A stretch of 63,588 nt of DNA, counting the filler, from Neolecta irregularis DAH-3 (Eukaryota), in NCBI GenBank assembly GCA_001929475.1. It is 7 parts of 7 records of this genome, joined end to end, with 100 filler letters (N's around TTAATTAATTAA, not from the genome) between each part and the next. Parts side by side here need not be neighbours in the genome. Positions count along the whole stretch, not along the records: positions 11,497 to 33,633 come from LXFE01000215.1; 6 more parts are not named here. One strand, given 5' to 3'. The notes under the pieces were generated by a model that had not been told where the DNA came from, did not search any database, and was given only the letters and a program-made list of their open reading frames with translations. Within the stretch, counting starts at the first letter, position 1, and each line of letters opens with the position of its first letter. Position numbers and translations under genes: made by a program. Of this stretch, positions 12,415-24,308 are shown one piece after another.

Positions 12415-12822
12415 GTGGGCAGGCGGCGGGTCAAATGTTCTCCGGCGGGCTTGCGGGTCGTTGTTTTAACAATTTATATAGGTGCAATCCTGAATTCACT
12501 AAATAATCAAAGTTGCAAATATAAAATGATTTTTATCGGGCCATTTCTTTAGTTGGTGTAAGTATGTGCAACACACTCACGAAGTTGACGACGAATCATC
12601 GGAATCACCGTGTCACGTGATCCGCGAGAAATCGTGCGAGCAGAACCAAGAGCAAAAGGCAATCAATCCACAATTAAACAACCAACCAACGGATTCAAAA
12701 TCACTCAATAGAGAGCACTCTACAGATGGGTGGTTTAGATCTCTTGGGTAAAGCGGGCGGTTTAGAAATCTGTCCGTCCAACCGCCCTCTCCTCTCCGGC
12801 GGGCGGGCGGTTGGACGCACTG
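12415..12822 (-). mobile_element. hAT-like MITE remnant with terminus CAGTGCGTCCAACCGCCCG
   Basis: The end at 12822 resembles the TIR of the element at 44633 (CAGTGTGGCCAACCACCCG). Internal 13-bp inverted repeat at 12775-12818. Left boundary uncertain. Confidence 0.55.
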
Positions 12823-13118
12823 GTTATTGCGATAACTTGCATGCTCTGAAAGGGGTTTACCTACCAAATAACTAATTTATGTAGATCTAATGTGTATAAT
12901 GTGGCTCTATCTGTTTTTGGGCCAGTTCATTGAAAATATTCAAAATATATAGTTTTCGAAAAGATTATTTAAGATACAGCGCAAGGATCGAGAGTCATAG
13001 TGATTGGCTTACTATCACAAATATAGGACAATGAACCAAGGTATGGTAATATTTTAATATGACTTGCAAAAAATAACAAAAATACTTTGCATGCACGGAA
13101 CTACGGTCTGCGTACGTC

Positions 13119-13477
13119 TTAGTTGCATTTCCCACTATAACAGTGACCACATTCCTCAGAGCCCTTTCCACTGCGAACGTTGACTCCATTTGTACCGTCC
13201 CTGTTCTGACTGCAGCACTTACCCCCATTTTTCTCACTAGATTGATCAGTCGAGAGGGATTGAATTAGGGTCACCAATTATGGAAAGAATTTTGCTTTCG
13301 AAGAAACTTTCCACTGCAATCACATTCTCGCTTTTCAAGTGCATTAAGAACTTCAAATGCGGGATTTGCATTTGCCTCAGGTTCAGCTTCTCTTGCTACA
13401 ATATTTGCAAGTTCATCTGGAATGGCGATGGCTACGAGTGCGAATGCAAGAATCAAGGAAGCAACAGAGAACTTCAT
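13119..13477 (-). CDS. Small secreted cysteine-rich peptide precursor, copy A
   Basis: Signal peptide, EAEPEANANP spacer, KR site, 38-nt intron 13237-13274. Mature peptide ECDCSGKFLRKQNSFHNCEKNGGKCCSQNRDGTNGVNVRSGKGSEECGHCYSGKCN (8 Cys). TATA (TATAAAG) about 45 bp upstream. Confidence 0.85.
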
Positions 13478-14049
13478 TTGTGGATTCGTTGAATATTTTT
13501 TGCTGAAGATTAAACAGCCCTTTATAGATCATTGAAGACGATAAGAGTTGTGGTACAATGACAATAATTTACAGAGACTGAAAGGATCATCGACTAGCGG
13601 AAGATGCGTCGAGAAAGTCAATCAATAGAGAATGATTTCGAGAGTGCTTCAATGACTTTCTAGAATAATACACAATGAGAATCTGGCAAGGCATGTGGTC
13701 GATGCGTCATTTTTTTGTCTTGTGATTGCAGTATCTCCGCCTTTTGATGGCTTGTGTGACATCAAACATTCTTGAATTAAAAGAATTTGTAATTGATGTG
13801 TCGATCTACATTGTATGTCCAGCGGCTATGATGAGGCTGGTCTCTATGGATCGGACGCTTGCGTGTCTGGGCCTGATACTTTTTGTCGTCGGGTAACAAG
13901 TGCAGGCTGACTCAGTCTAAGCTCAACCCTGAAGTGACATCACGACCAGGTTATTTCAGCCGAAAAGTTGCAACTTGGACTAGATATAGCTATATACTCC
14001 ACCTATGCCCGGCCTTTGTTGGCCGTAATATTATCCTACTCTTATAAGC

Positions 14050-14190
14050 TATACCCTTTGGGTATATCCGTACCCCGAGCAATGCGGCATTTGAACGGGT
14101 GGTGGATTTAGAACTATTTAGCAGCCTGCTGGAGAACTATTGAGCCGCCCGCTAGAGAACTGTTTACCCACCCGCCGGAGAACTATTGGT
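14050..14190. repeat. Transposon-derived repeat between the duplicated peptide genes
   Basis: ATACCC/GGGTAT palindromic motif and iterated (CC)GCC(G/T)GGAGAACTATT-like units; similar motifs at 33355-33540. Confidence 0.55.
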
Positions 14191-14650
14191 GGTTGTCTCA
14201 CTCAGTATATTGTGCCAATAAACAATACAATTGCAACGTCATTTTCGTTGACAAGTTTGAGGGTCTGGAATTTCTTATTAAGACTCGGTCTTTCTAAAGG
14301 CTGAGTGTAAACCTTGACGTAATATGGAGCCATTTCCCTCAATGGATAGGAGAATTTCGGGTAAAAAGAAGAAAAAAACAACGAGATATATTCCAGCAAA
14401 GATGGCAAGAAACAAGTGCATTATACTTACAATAGGTGGCAGGCACGTTCAAAAACATCATATACATCATAATCAAGATAGAGATGGCTCAATCAAGTTA
14501 ATTTTCTCTTTAATTCATTTACATTAGATTAGATTGGCTTGGATCTTCTTTTTACCATAGGACATGGAACAGAGGCATCGTACACGCTAAATATGCTTGC
14601 ACAATAGTAATAAATAACGCTTCTGCACACAAATATACCTTGCTTACTTC

Positions 14651-15009
14651 TTAGTTGCATTTACCACTATAGCAGCGACCACATTTCTCAGAGCCCTTTC
14701 CATTACGAACGTTAACTCCATTTGAACCGTCCTTGTTCCGACTGCAACAGCTGCCCCCTTTCTTTGCACTAGATTGATCAGTCGAGAGAGATTGAATTAG
14801 GGCCACCAATTATGGAAAGAATTTTGCTTTCGAAGAAACTTTCCACTGCAATGACATTCTCGTTTTTCAAGTGCATTAAGAACTTCAAGTGCAGGATTTG
14901 CATTTGCCTCAGGTTCAGCTTCTCTTGCTACAATATTTGCAAGTTCATCTGGAATGGCGATGGCTACGAGGGCGAATGCGAGAATCAAGGGAACAAGAGA
15001 GAACTTCAT
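14651..15009 (-). CDS. Small secreted cysteine-rich peptide precursor, copy B
   Basis: Paralog of copy A, intron 14769-14806. Mature peptide ECHCSGKFLRKQNSFHNCAKKGGSCCSRNKDGSNGVNVRNGKGSEKCGRCYSGKCN. About 350 bp of upstream sequence, including the TATA, is also duplicated. Confidence 0.85.
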
Positions 15010-15828
15010 TTGTAATTGAATGAATACCTATTTGCGGAGGACTAAAGGCTGCTTTATAGTCTTTTAGAGTGATACAATGACGATGATTTGCGGAGACCGA
15101 GGGGACCATCGACTAGCGCAAGACGTGTCGAGAAAGACAGCTAATAAAAAGGTATTACCGCATTCTTTCGAACATTTTCTAGAATAGTGCGTAATGGGAA
15201 TTGAGCAAAGTCTAATTTCACCTGTTGCTTTTGTGCCATGTAACCGTAGTATCTCCGCCAGAGGTTTATCTCCCATCCGACTTTAATATGTTTTTGAATA
15301 AACAAGTTGAAACTGCAAGGATTCTCATTGATGTGCCGGTCTATATTAGCGTGCACCGGCTTTGATGGCCCTGGCTTTGTTTAATGACTTGGCCTCATTC
15401 GATTATTTCATACAGACTACAGTCGATCTTTAACAATGACACCACCTGCATCAAGCATGTAAAAGAGAACACTTGAGAGGAACTCGTTGACTAAGAATAT
15501 ATAAGGGAACATTTAAATTGCCCATGTGGGAGTTCACGATTGACTAAAAATTCTGCGGATCAAGATAGTGGAGAGGTTAGCTGACGGTCAGTTGGCTCGT
15601 TGTGCATCAATATTAAAAGTCACGAGAATCTAAAAAGCAGCTTTGTTTTGCGGTTATTCGATTGTCGAACAATGCTGAAGGATGATTTTTCAAGCTATAT
15701 TACTGATGAAAATAGCTCGAACTAGTGATCTTCAATTTCAGTAGCAGTTCTTTTACGCATCTTAGTCTGGACTGAAACTTCATTTGACAACCTCACCACA
15801 GTCATCAGGGTTCTGTCTTACCCGCACC

Positions 15829-18800
15829 ATGCCGCCCAATTGCTCAATTCCACCGGTCTCACTGGTTACCAATGAGATTATTACCATTACTTCTGCGATG
15901 AGAAAAAATGCAAGATGGGCTGGTTCTGGTGTAGCTGCGATTCTTGGGGGAGTTGGGAACGGCGATGTTGCTGGACGATGGGGACTCCGCGGTCAGCGAG
16001 GCGAGAACAATGCCAATGTACAATGATCTAAGGAATCTAATGGGTGATTTGTAGGATAATAGCCTCCTGAATGGATTTAGCAGATTGAGGAGTGAAATCG
16101 CGGATTGCAAGGGTACAACCCACGTCTTGAGAAAGCGAAAATTAAAGCAATTAGATATAACGACGTTCGACACACCAACTCTTCTTTCGCCATTCCTTGC
16201 CGTAGTTCAGAGTAGCACAACTACAGGGGCTATTACTTCTTTATCGCTCTCTGCCCTTCAAAAATTCTTTTCCTACAAAATCATCAACTCCTTTTCGCCT
16301 CGTCTCCCAATAGCAATTCATTCACTCTCTACTGCGATAACACATTGTCGTTTCGAGGCATCGGATTCTGCCCAGGATGAGGTCGTTCTTCTCCGAATTT
16401 TGAAATTAATGGAGGAAGTGATGACTGGGTGTGCTGGAGATGTGTTGAGCGATGGAAGCGTTTGCGAGATGATGGAAACGGGGCTTTCCATGTGTTGTCA
16501 AATGCGTCTCAGCGAAATGCTTCGCAAAAGTAGTGAAATGGCGATGGTCACGATGGTTCAAACATGCTTTGAAAAACTAAAAACACTACCATTGAATGAA
16601 TCCGTCGATGAAAGCAATACTCAGAAAACTCTCGAAGTCCAGTTTGCAAAGTCAGCCCGGTGCGGTTCAGACACAACTCCTGAAAAATTCAAGTCTATTG
16701 ACAGATTACAAGATCTATCCCTCGAGAAGTCTGGTTGGTGTTTACTTTTGGTGCCCTGAATTAACGGCAGAGTTGTTCCAAAATCTTGATCCCTATGGCC
16801 TCGTTTCGATCAGAGAATTGCTTCGAGTCCTAATATCTCTTCTTGATCCATACGCAAAGCAGCACACAGATTCGATGCGAGTTATGGCTCTAAGGCTTAT
16901 AGATGTTGCTTTTGAAATCGCTGGCTCGACGATCGCTGCACATCCTTCTCTATCTTTTCTTGCCACTGACGATCTATGCCGATATTTATTCCAACTTATT
17001 AGGACAGATACGCCACATGTCCTCTCGCATTCTCTACGACTAATATCGACTTTGCTTTTCACCTTGCGTCATAAGCTCCTCCTTCAGCAGGAATTATTCC
17101 TCGGTTATGTTGTAAACTGCCTTCATCCCAAAAGCGATCTTCCCAAGGAAATTGATCCAATTTTATATGATGGCATCCCGTTATCCCCGAAAGTCAGACT
17201 GGACAACTCGGGAAGAAGTACACCTATTCCCATCAAGGAACAACGGCGATTCGGCCTGGAGGGCGGTAATAGAACTTCTGATGCCAGAGAATTAATGGTT
17301 GAATGTATGGGCGGACTGGCTCGCATTCCGAGTTTCATGGTTGATCTGTTTGTCAACTATGATTGTGTGATTGACCGGAGTGATTTATGTGAGGACATCA
17401 TTGGTTTTCTCTCCCGGGTATTCTATGAGTTTCTTAAACACCTCACTAACGAAAAGAATGCATTTCCAGATGCTGCTACATGGAGTACGCAAAACGTTCC
17501 TCCCCTCTGCCTCGATGCACTTCTAGCTTATATTGGCTTCATTGCAGATAGATTGGATTCCGGGGTATGCTAGTCTTTCGATCTTTACCTGACTATAGGG
17601 AACGCCCGACAAATACCCTAATCTTGAGGCTCTCCTTTCCCAACGAGACCGAAAACAGATTATTATCAAAGCTGCCCTGAAATTCAATGAGAATTACAAA
17701 GCAGCAATCCCATTTCTACAGGAACATGGTCTTGTAGATGATGCAGCTTCTCCACCTTCAATGGCAAAATTCTTGCACGAAAATTCTCGTCTTAACAAAT
17801 CTCTCGTTGGAGAATATCTTGGCAAACCGGCAAATATTGAAGTTTTGGAGCGATTCATTAAATTATTTAGTTTCAAAGGTAAAAGAATCGACGAGGCGTT
17901 GCGGAGATTACTCGAAACTTTCAGACTTCCGGGAGAGGCGCAACAGATTGATCGAATTGTAGACAAGTTCGCTGCCTGGTATTATGAAAGTCAAGAGGGC
18001 GAAACTGTTATTCGGTCAAGTTCTGCGGCCTATGTATTGACCTTTGCAACAGTCATGCTCAATACTGATCAACATAACCCTCAAGTAAAGGTAAATCTGC
18101 TATCAACTTCTTGTAATTAATCTCAGAAAAAAATGGAGTTCTCTGATTTTGCCAAAAATGTTCGCGGAGTAAATGATAACGAAGATTTCCCAGACGATTT
18201 CCTGCTAGAAATATACGCTGCAATTCAAACACACGAAATCATCATGCCTGAAGAACACGATAATCAGGCTTCGTTCGATCATGCATGGACGGAACTTCAA
18301 TACAAATCGACAGGTGCGGGAGATCTTACGATTTGTTCCGAGACAAACATATTTGATAGACCCATGTTTGCGAGCACTTGGAAGCCTGTCATCGCGACAT
18401 TATCCTATGTATTTACCTCCGCTACCGATGATGCCGTTTTTCATCGAGTTATCAATGGTTTCAACCAATGTGCCGAAATTTCAAGTCGCTTTGGCCTTTG
18501 TGATGCGATGGACCATATTGTCTTATGTCTTTCGCGAATCACTGGGCTCGCTACAAAGCTCACTCCTTCAACGAGATTGAACACAACTATCGACATTGAG
18601 GGAAATGGTGTTACTGTTTCTGAACTCGCTGTCCGTCTTGGCCGGGATTTCAAAGCTCAGTTGGCGATGGTAGTACTTTTTAAAATTTGCAATGGCAACG
18701 AAAAATTCATTCGAAAAGGCTGGAAACAGGTATTACAATTGACAATTATATCGCTATCAATTAGATCTTTCGAATTCTTCTTGGGTTATTTATAAATGGT

Positions 18801-20623
18801 CTTCTGCCACCCTCGTTCTCGCGTATTAACAAGCATCTACAAATCGACCCAATTCCTCTTGAACCGCTCGAACTCTCAGGAAAGAAGCAAACAAAGAATG
18901 AAGGTGGATTCATTTCCGCGTTTACGTCATATTTATCAAGTTATGCTGTTGATGAACCACCTGAACCCTCATCGGAAGAAGTTGAATGTACCCTTTGCAC
19001 CAAGGATTGCGTCAATTCTTGTCGACTGGATGAGGTTTCTGGTCATCTCATGTATGAATTTTCGAGATTTAACTTAACATTTTAGATCCTTGGATCTCAA
19101 AAGTACTAAACATCTGCTAAACATTCTACTTCCATATGCAACTACGGATCCCACCCGTAAATTCTTGTCTCAGAAGAGAACAGTTGATGTCAATGGACCA
19201 CTCCCTGTGACTTCTTCTGCCGAAACTAATTATGATGCTTCATTGGTTATGATATTCGAATTCGCAACTTGTCTAGTACTCAGAGATGAACAAAGTCTTG
19301 AGGAACTTGGGTATGTTCTTGTCGTATAATTTTACTTACATGAATAGAAATCCTGTAGTAGAAATGCTTGAAGGAGTTATAAAGAACGCTAATCGAGCCC
19401 ACTGTGTCATGATCGAACGGTGCTTTAGATATTTGATGGCCATCTTTGAAAAGGCCGGGAAAGATGTTAACTTCCTACCAATTTCTCAATTGACATTACC
19501 AGCTTGAACAAGTTTCGATTCTCGACATTTTCGATCACATCTCGAATTGGGAAGTTGAACTCCAAGTTCAGTTATGTTCTACAGTTCTTCCACTACTTCA
19601 AAAAGCGCTCACAATCAATCCGCGACTCGCAGAACATCCATCTGTCTTTATTATTTTGCGAAACCTACTTAAACATCAATCCACCGTCGATGTCGTCTTT
19701 ACACTTGTCAAGGATATTATTGCGAACAATCATGTCTTTCAAACAACTTATGTTCCGCTGGTTGAACTGTTGGATGAAATTACGACGATGGGAGAGATTG
19801 GTGCCAAACGCGAACAGCAGTTAGATACATCCCCACGAAGGAGGAAGTCCGGAAAGGTCAATGATAAGCCGCAAGTCCACACTTTTCCACATATACTGAT
19901 ATACTAGACATGGGAAGGTAATCGACCGAGCCAATCAGGCAGTTGAGCAACTCTACAATCTTCGCTTTCTACTTCCCGCCTGGATTCGATACTCAGAACT
20001 TCCACGCGATGAGGCATGGCACACATTATGGGATCCTCTTTTTGCCTCTCTTTCCAAACAATGTTTAAATCCTTGTCGTGAGGTTCGGTTTCATTCGATG
20101 ACACTTCTTCAGCGGACTCTACTATCTCCAGAACTTCTCGAACCAGAGTCAAATGCTTGGGTTTCAATGTTCGAAGATATTGTTATCTCGCTTGCTTTGG
20201 AAATGATGGAACCTAAACTGTCGAATATTGATCCGCAAGGTGTGGCTGATACGAAAGCACAAATGGTCTCGATTGTGACGAGAACTTTTCTCTGCCACCT
20301 TCACCGACTACCTGAGATGATGCCCGTATGGATGTCGGTAGTGGACACTCTGCACAGGTATGTGAGCAAAGGAAGTCATGTCTGAATCTATCAGGCTGTT
20401 GTTGAGCAGAGAAGGGAATTCTCTTCGAGAGGCCGTTATCGAATCAATAAAAAATGTCCTTCTTGTGATGGCTTCTTCGGGGTATCTGTCTCGGCCTCTT
20501 AGCGGGCAGCCTAATGTAATATGGGATAAAACTTATGAGCGGATCAATATGTTTCTTCCTGGACTTTTAGATGAATTATTCCCCGAGTCAAAGGAGGGAA
20601 CCACTGAAAAGGGAACAACGTAG
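15829..20623 (+). CDS. GEA2: Sec7-domain ARF guanine-nucleotide exchange factor (Gea1/Gea2/GBF1 family)
   Basis: AITHCRFEASDSAQDEVVL, FVNYDC, Sec7 motifs FRLPGEAQQIDRI and VMLNTDQHNPQVK, EIIMPEEH. 12 introns, one of them GC-AG (19871-19907). Confidence 0.92.
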
Positions 20624-20963
20624 ATGGTTATAAATTGCTTTCTTATAAAGATTAGGGGTTTGAAGAGTTTACATAAACTTTCAAGGTATCATGAAGCATC
20701 CTGTCGAATTCCCTTTTTGAATTTTCTTAAACTTTCATTACACTCAATCTTTGGTTACTACAAATTTAATAAAACCTTCAAAGGTATATTTGCCATATTG
20801 GCTCTACTAATTTGTATACAGTAATCCAAACCACTGAATGGAGCATGGCTAATCACATATGGTAAATGAAGTTCTCTGCAGTTCCAAATGTGACTCGAAT
20901 GACACTAAGTAACCCTATATAAATTGTGATGGTGTATCATCGTCGAATTCCTTCCAAGATTAT

Positions 20964-21001
20964 TACAACCTCAAACCTATCATACAACCTCAAACCTATC
21001 A
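20964..21001 (+). repeat. 19-bp direct tandem duplication just upstream of the NIPSNAP ATG
   Basis: TACAACCTCAAACCTATCA x2. Confidence 0.85.
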
Positions 21002-21013
21002 CGACCTTCCATT

Positions 21014-21997
21014 ATGCTTTTCCTACGTCGCTTCAGCACCTTCCCACGAAATCTTGGCAAAAAGTCAATTCCTAGCTTAGCTAATGTTCCGCTCTGGTCA
21101 AAGAACACTGTCGCCGATCCCCCCAGTTCAAGCTCAGAGAGCTCTGGAGGTCTTGTGAAATCAATCCTCTATGGCTCTACGGAAACAAAAGAAGAATCAA
21201 AGAAATTTGAGCAAAGCTATTCAACGCTCCTAGCAAGAGGAAAATATGTTCATGAAATATCAAAGCACAGAGTCAAAGCAGACAAAATCGATGAATATGT
21301 TGGCCTCATGTTATTTGTCTCTTGTCCGAAAAGGTTGACAGACTAGAAGCGAAATGTATCCTCGAATTGCCCAGGAAGAAGGAAATGAATTGCATCTAGT
21401 TGGATCATGGAGAACAGAAATAGGCGAACCCGATACATTTGTTCATATTTGGGAATATAAAGGATACAAGGGATACCATCAAACGCTGAATAGAGTCTAT
21501 AGCGATCCAGTACTATCCCTCTTCTCTTTAACTAATTCGAGTCATTCAAACATTTCCAATCGAGTCTTCTTGATTGCATCTCTTCACGAACTAATGATAT
21601 TATGCAAGAATTCGCGTTTTGGCAGACCAGTCCACCGCGAACTCTTGGGGGAATATTTGAAATGAGGAGCTACCAACTGAAACCGGGGAATCTTTTAGAA
21701 TGGGAAACGCAGTGGAGACATGGCTTAGACTGCCGGCGTCAGGTGATGGAGCCCGTCGGTGCGTGGTTCACTCAATTGGGGTAAAAGTTTTCAGCTCAAT
21801 TCGGAAGCTAACGACGAAGGCGTCTGAATACCGTTCATCATATCTGGCAATTTTCAGATTTAGAACACCGTCTCCGCTCACGGGAGAAATGTTGGGAATT
21901 AGACGGGTGGAATGAGACCGTTAAGAGTACCGTCGGTCTCATTGACAAAATGGATAGTCACATTCTTGTTGCGCTGGATTTTAGTCCATTGAAGTAG
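21014..21997 (+). CDS. NIPSNAP family mitochondrial protein
   Basis: LARGKYVHEI, LVGSWRTEIGEPDTFVHIWEY, GGIFEMRSYQLKPGNLLEWE, GAWFTQLG|RLNTVHHIW, C-terminus FSPLK. Three introns. Confidence 0.92.
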
Positions 21998-22373
21998 AGC
22001 TCGTGTATTATATCCATCACCCATTTAAACTCACCCGTCACTCAGGCTCTTGCCTTTTCCAGAGCTTTGAACTTTACAGAATATGCTTTGAGTAAGCATA
22101 CTTGAGGGCAAGGAACATTGTATCGGTCCTATATCATCATACGCTTTCCGAAAACCCAGTATATTATTGAAAATTGAACAAATGGTCAAAAGTTTACAAA
22201 ATTCCATGGCTATATTGAACTGTACAAACAGACCAGTTCCATAATTGAGTCTTCGTTCGGCCTCCCCCTTCTATAGTACGAGGAAAGAAATCTTCTTAAG
22301 ATGCGAGCGAAGAACTGTTCACTATACAACTAACAATCAGCGATTACCCCAACACTATAGGCTTACGGATATT

Positions 22374-22532
22374 TCATGTCATATATTTGGATTGACAATC
22401 AGCGCAAGGAGCTGGAACTTTTGTTACTGGAGGCGATTTTGGGATTTGGCACGTTGCACCCGCATAGCATGAATATCGAACGACAGCAGGCCGGTGTCCG
22501 CAGGAATACTCGTACTGGATAAAACTGCACAT
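22374..22532 (-). CDS. Small 52-aa Cys-rich hypothetical protein (MC...CGH...CxxC)
   Basis: MCSFIQYEYSCGHRPAVVRYSCYAGATCQIPKSPPVTKVPAPCADCQSKYMT; pattern resembles small fungal zinc-binding orphans. Confidence 0.55.
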   Translation of the reverse strand: MCSFIQYEYSCGHRPAVVRYSCYAGATCQIPKSPPVTKVPAPCADCQSKYMT

Positions 22533-23514
22533 CTCTCTTACAAGAAGGAATAGCTTGACGCATTTAAATCTATGAAAGGATTCTGCCTCTCGTGGCAAAC
22601 GCTCGGTAGACGAAACACATCGAGAGCCGAAGTGTTCTAAGGCTTCGAAAAGATTCAAGATTAAGGTGATTTTGTATACAGAAGCGCTTCGGAGCGTCCG
22701 TTTTTCCAAAACTCAGAGAATTTTTCACTTATTACAGAGTCATACATGAATCTTGATAGAGCATCAAAGATTGGTTGATGTACGTGTTAATGGGCAACTA
22801 CTACTAAGGCGGCTCCCCAAGATTCACCGCAGGACCGAGTGAGCTATGACTAGTAGTGAAAGTTTATTGAAATAAAACCCTATGCAAGCGACCTAAACTA
22901 GATCGGCCTGGAAAACACAATTTTTGAAGCGTGTCGTTCTGATAACAAAGGAAGAAGGCGATGAAAAAGTATCACGGGAACCATGAACCATGCATTGCTT
23001 AATAGATATTCTTCGAAAGGGTAGACCACCAACCCAAGGCAGCTCATTTTAATATTGTTCACCGAAAACCCTTTCCTCAACGAGCCTAGATAAACATATA
23101 TCAGAATGCTTACGAATAAGCAAATGAAAACCATCACGAATGAGACTACATTCTCAAGAATTGTATATTGTATACTTCTGTTTTTTTAGCATCAGCTTGT
23201 TGCTACATATCATATTCCACGTCGTTCGGTTTTATCAATACTGGGCATGTCAAAATTGAAACCGACTGGCAAGAATTATTCTTACGAATCAGTTGCTGAA
23301 GCAACGTAATACCAATGTCAGATATAAATAGGAAGACAAAGGACCGAATACTCTACGTCATTCAATTCAATCAAAACGTGGTGTTCGCCTTAATATCCTC
23401 CCCCTGGTCAGTGCCCCCCAAAGTCATTATCTAACAAGAACGAGATTTGATAGTTACACGATTCAAATCTGACAAGTGAGGAATAGGTCACTGCCAGATT
23501 TGGCCGCTTTTCTG

Positions 23515-23845
23515 ATGACCTCCCGGATTTCATTCCAAATTTACGGCCAAGTCCAAGGTGTATTTTTTCGAATTTCCACTCGAGATGTCGCCTCAAAGCA
23601 AAAATTGACTGGCTGGGTTCAAAATACAGGCTCGCAGTCGATCCGAGCAGTAAGCTGATCAATTAGGGCAAGGAACAGTAATAGGGGAAGCCCAAGGTGC
23701 ACCTGATGATCTGAACAAATTCAAGACATTTCTCGAGCGCGGACCAGAAGCGGCAAGAGTTGAAAAGGTTGAAATTAAAGAAATTACGGTCGTTGATGGA
23801 GAGATTGGATTTGAGAAACGGAAAAACCGAAACATGCTGTGTTAA
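23515..23845 (+). CDS. Acylphosphatase
   Basis: FQIYGQVQGVFFR and LTGWVQNT|GQGTVIGEAQG...GPEAARVEKV. Needs a GC-AG intron at 23630-23666. Confidence 0.9.
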
Positions 23846-24308
23846 GTTTTGCGCTCAAAATGAATGTCTTTCCTTTATAATACCTCCAAATTCATCAATT
23901 AGATAACTCGAACTGTCTTATATGGTTTTATGAGATTCACCTTGCCATCTGCAAACTCCTTTCGTCTAATATTTAACATCTCATAAAAAATTTGACTGAA
24001 CCCTCGATTTGTCGGTTTCAAGGTTTGCGTCCAAGTCATGCGGAACCCTTGCAGTAGCAAAGAATTCCAGGAGCACTGAATCCAGAATATATAAGGCAAA
24101 ATTAAGCGCTACGAGTGTTACTCTCGGTGGATACGATTCGTATATGATAATATATGTCTCTTGTTCACTTTCTTTTATATTATATTGTGTCTTTCGGAAA
24201 TCTGTCTAGTTGGAATTTGTACTCCTTAAGAAATCCAATCCCTCACCTCCAAAGTTTAATCCGTGGACAACTGGTCCTCCCTCTTTTCCAAATACAATAA
24301 TACCCGCC

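Noticed and set aside
13237-13306. Longer intron starting at GTTTCT in the secreted peptide gene
   Set aside because: Gives 7 Cys and an atypical length; the 38-nt intron gives 8 Cys in both paralogs.
13828-13910. Possible box C/D snoRNA (ATGATGA ... CTGA)
   Set aside because: No convincing terminal stem or recognisable rRNA guide, and the boxes are not kept in the paralogous upstream region near 15360.
22898-23340. Possible small spliced membrane-protein gene on the minus strand
   Set aside because: Intron-like signals are present, but I could not build a consistent start-to-stop model or recognise a family.
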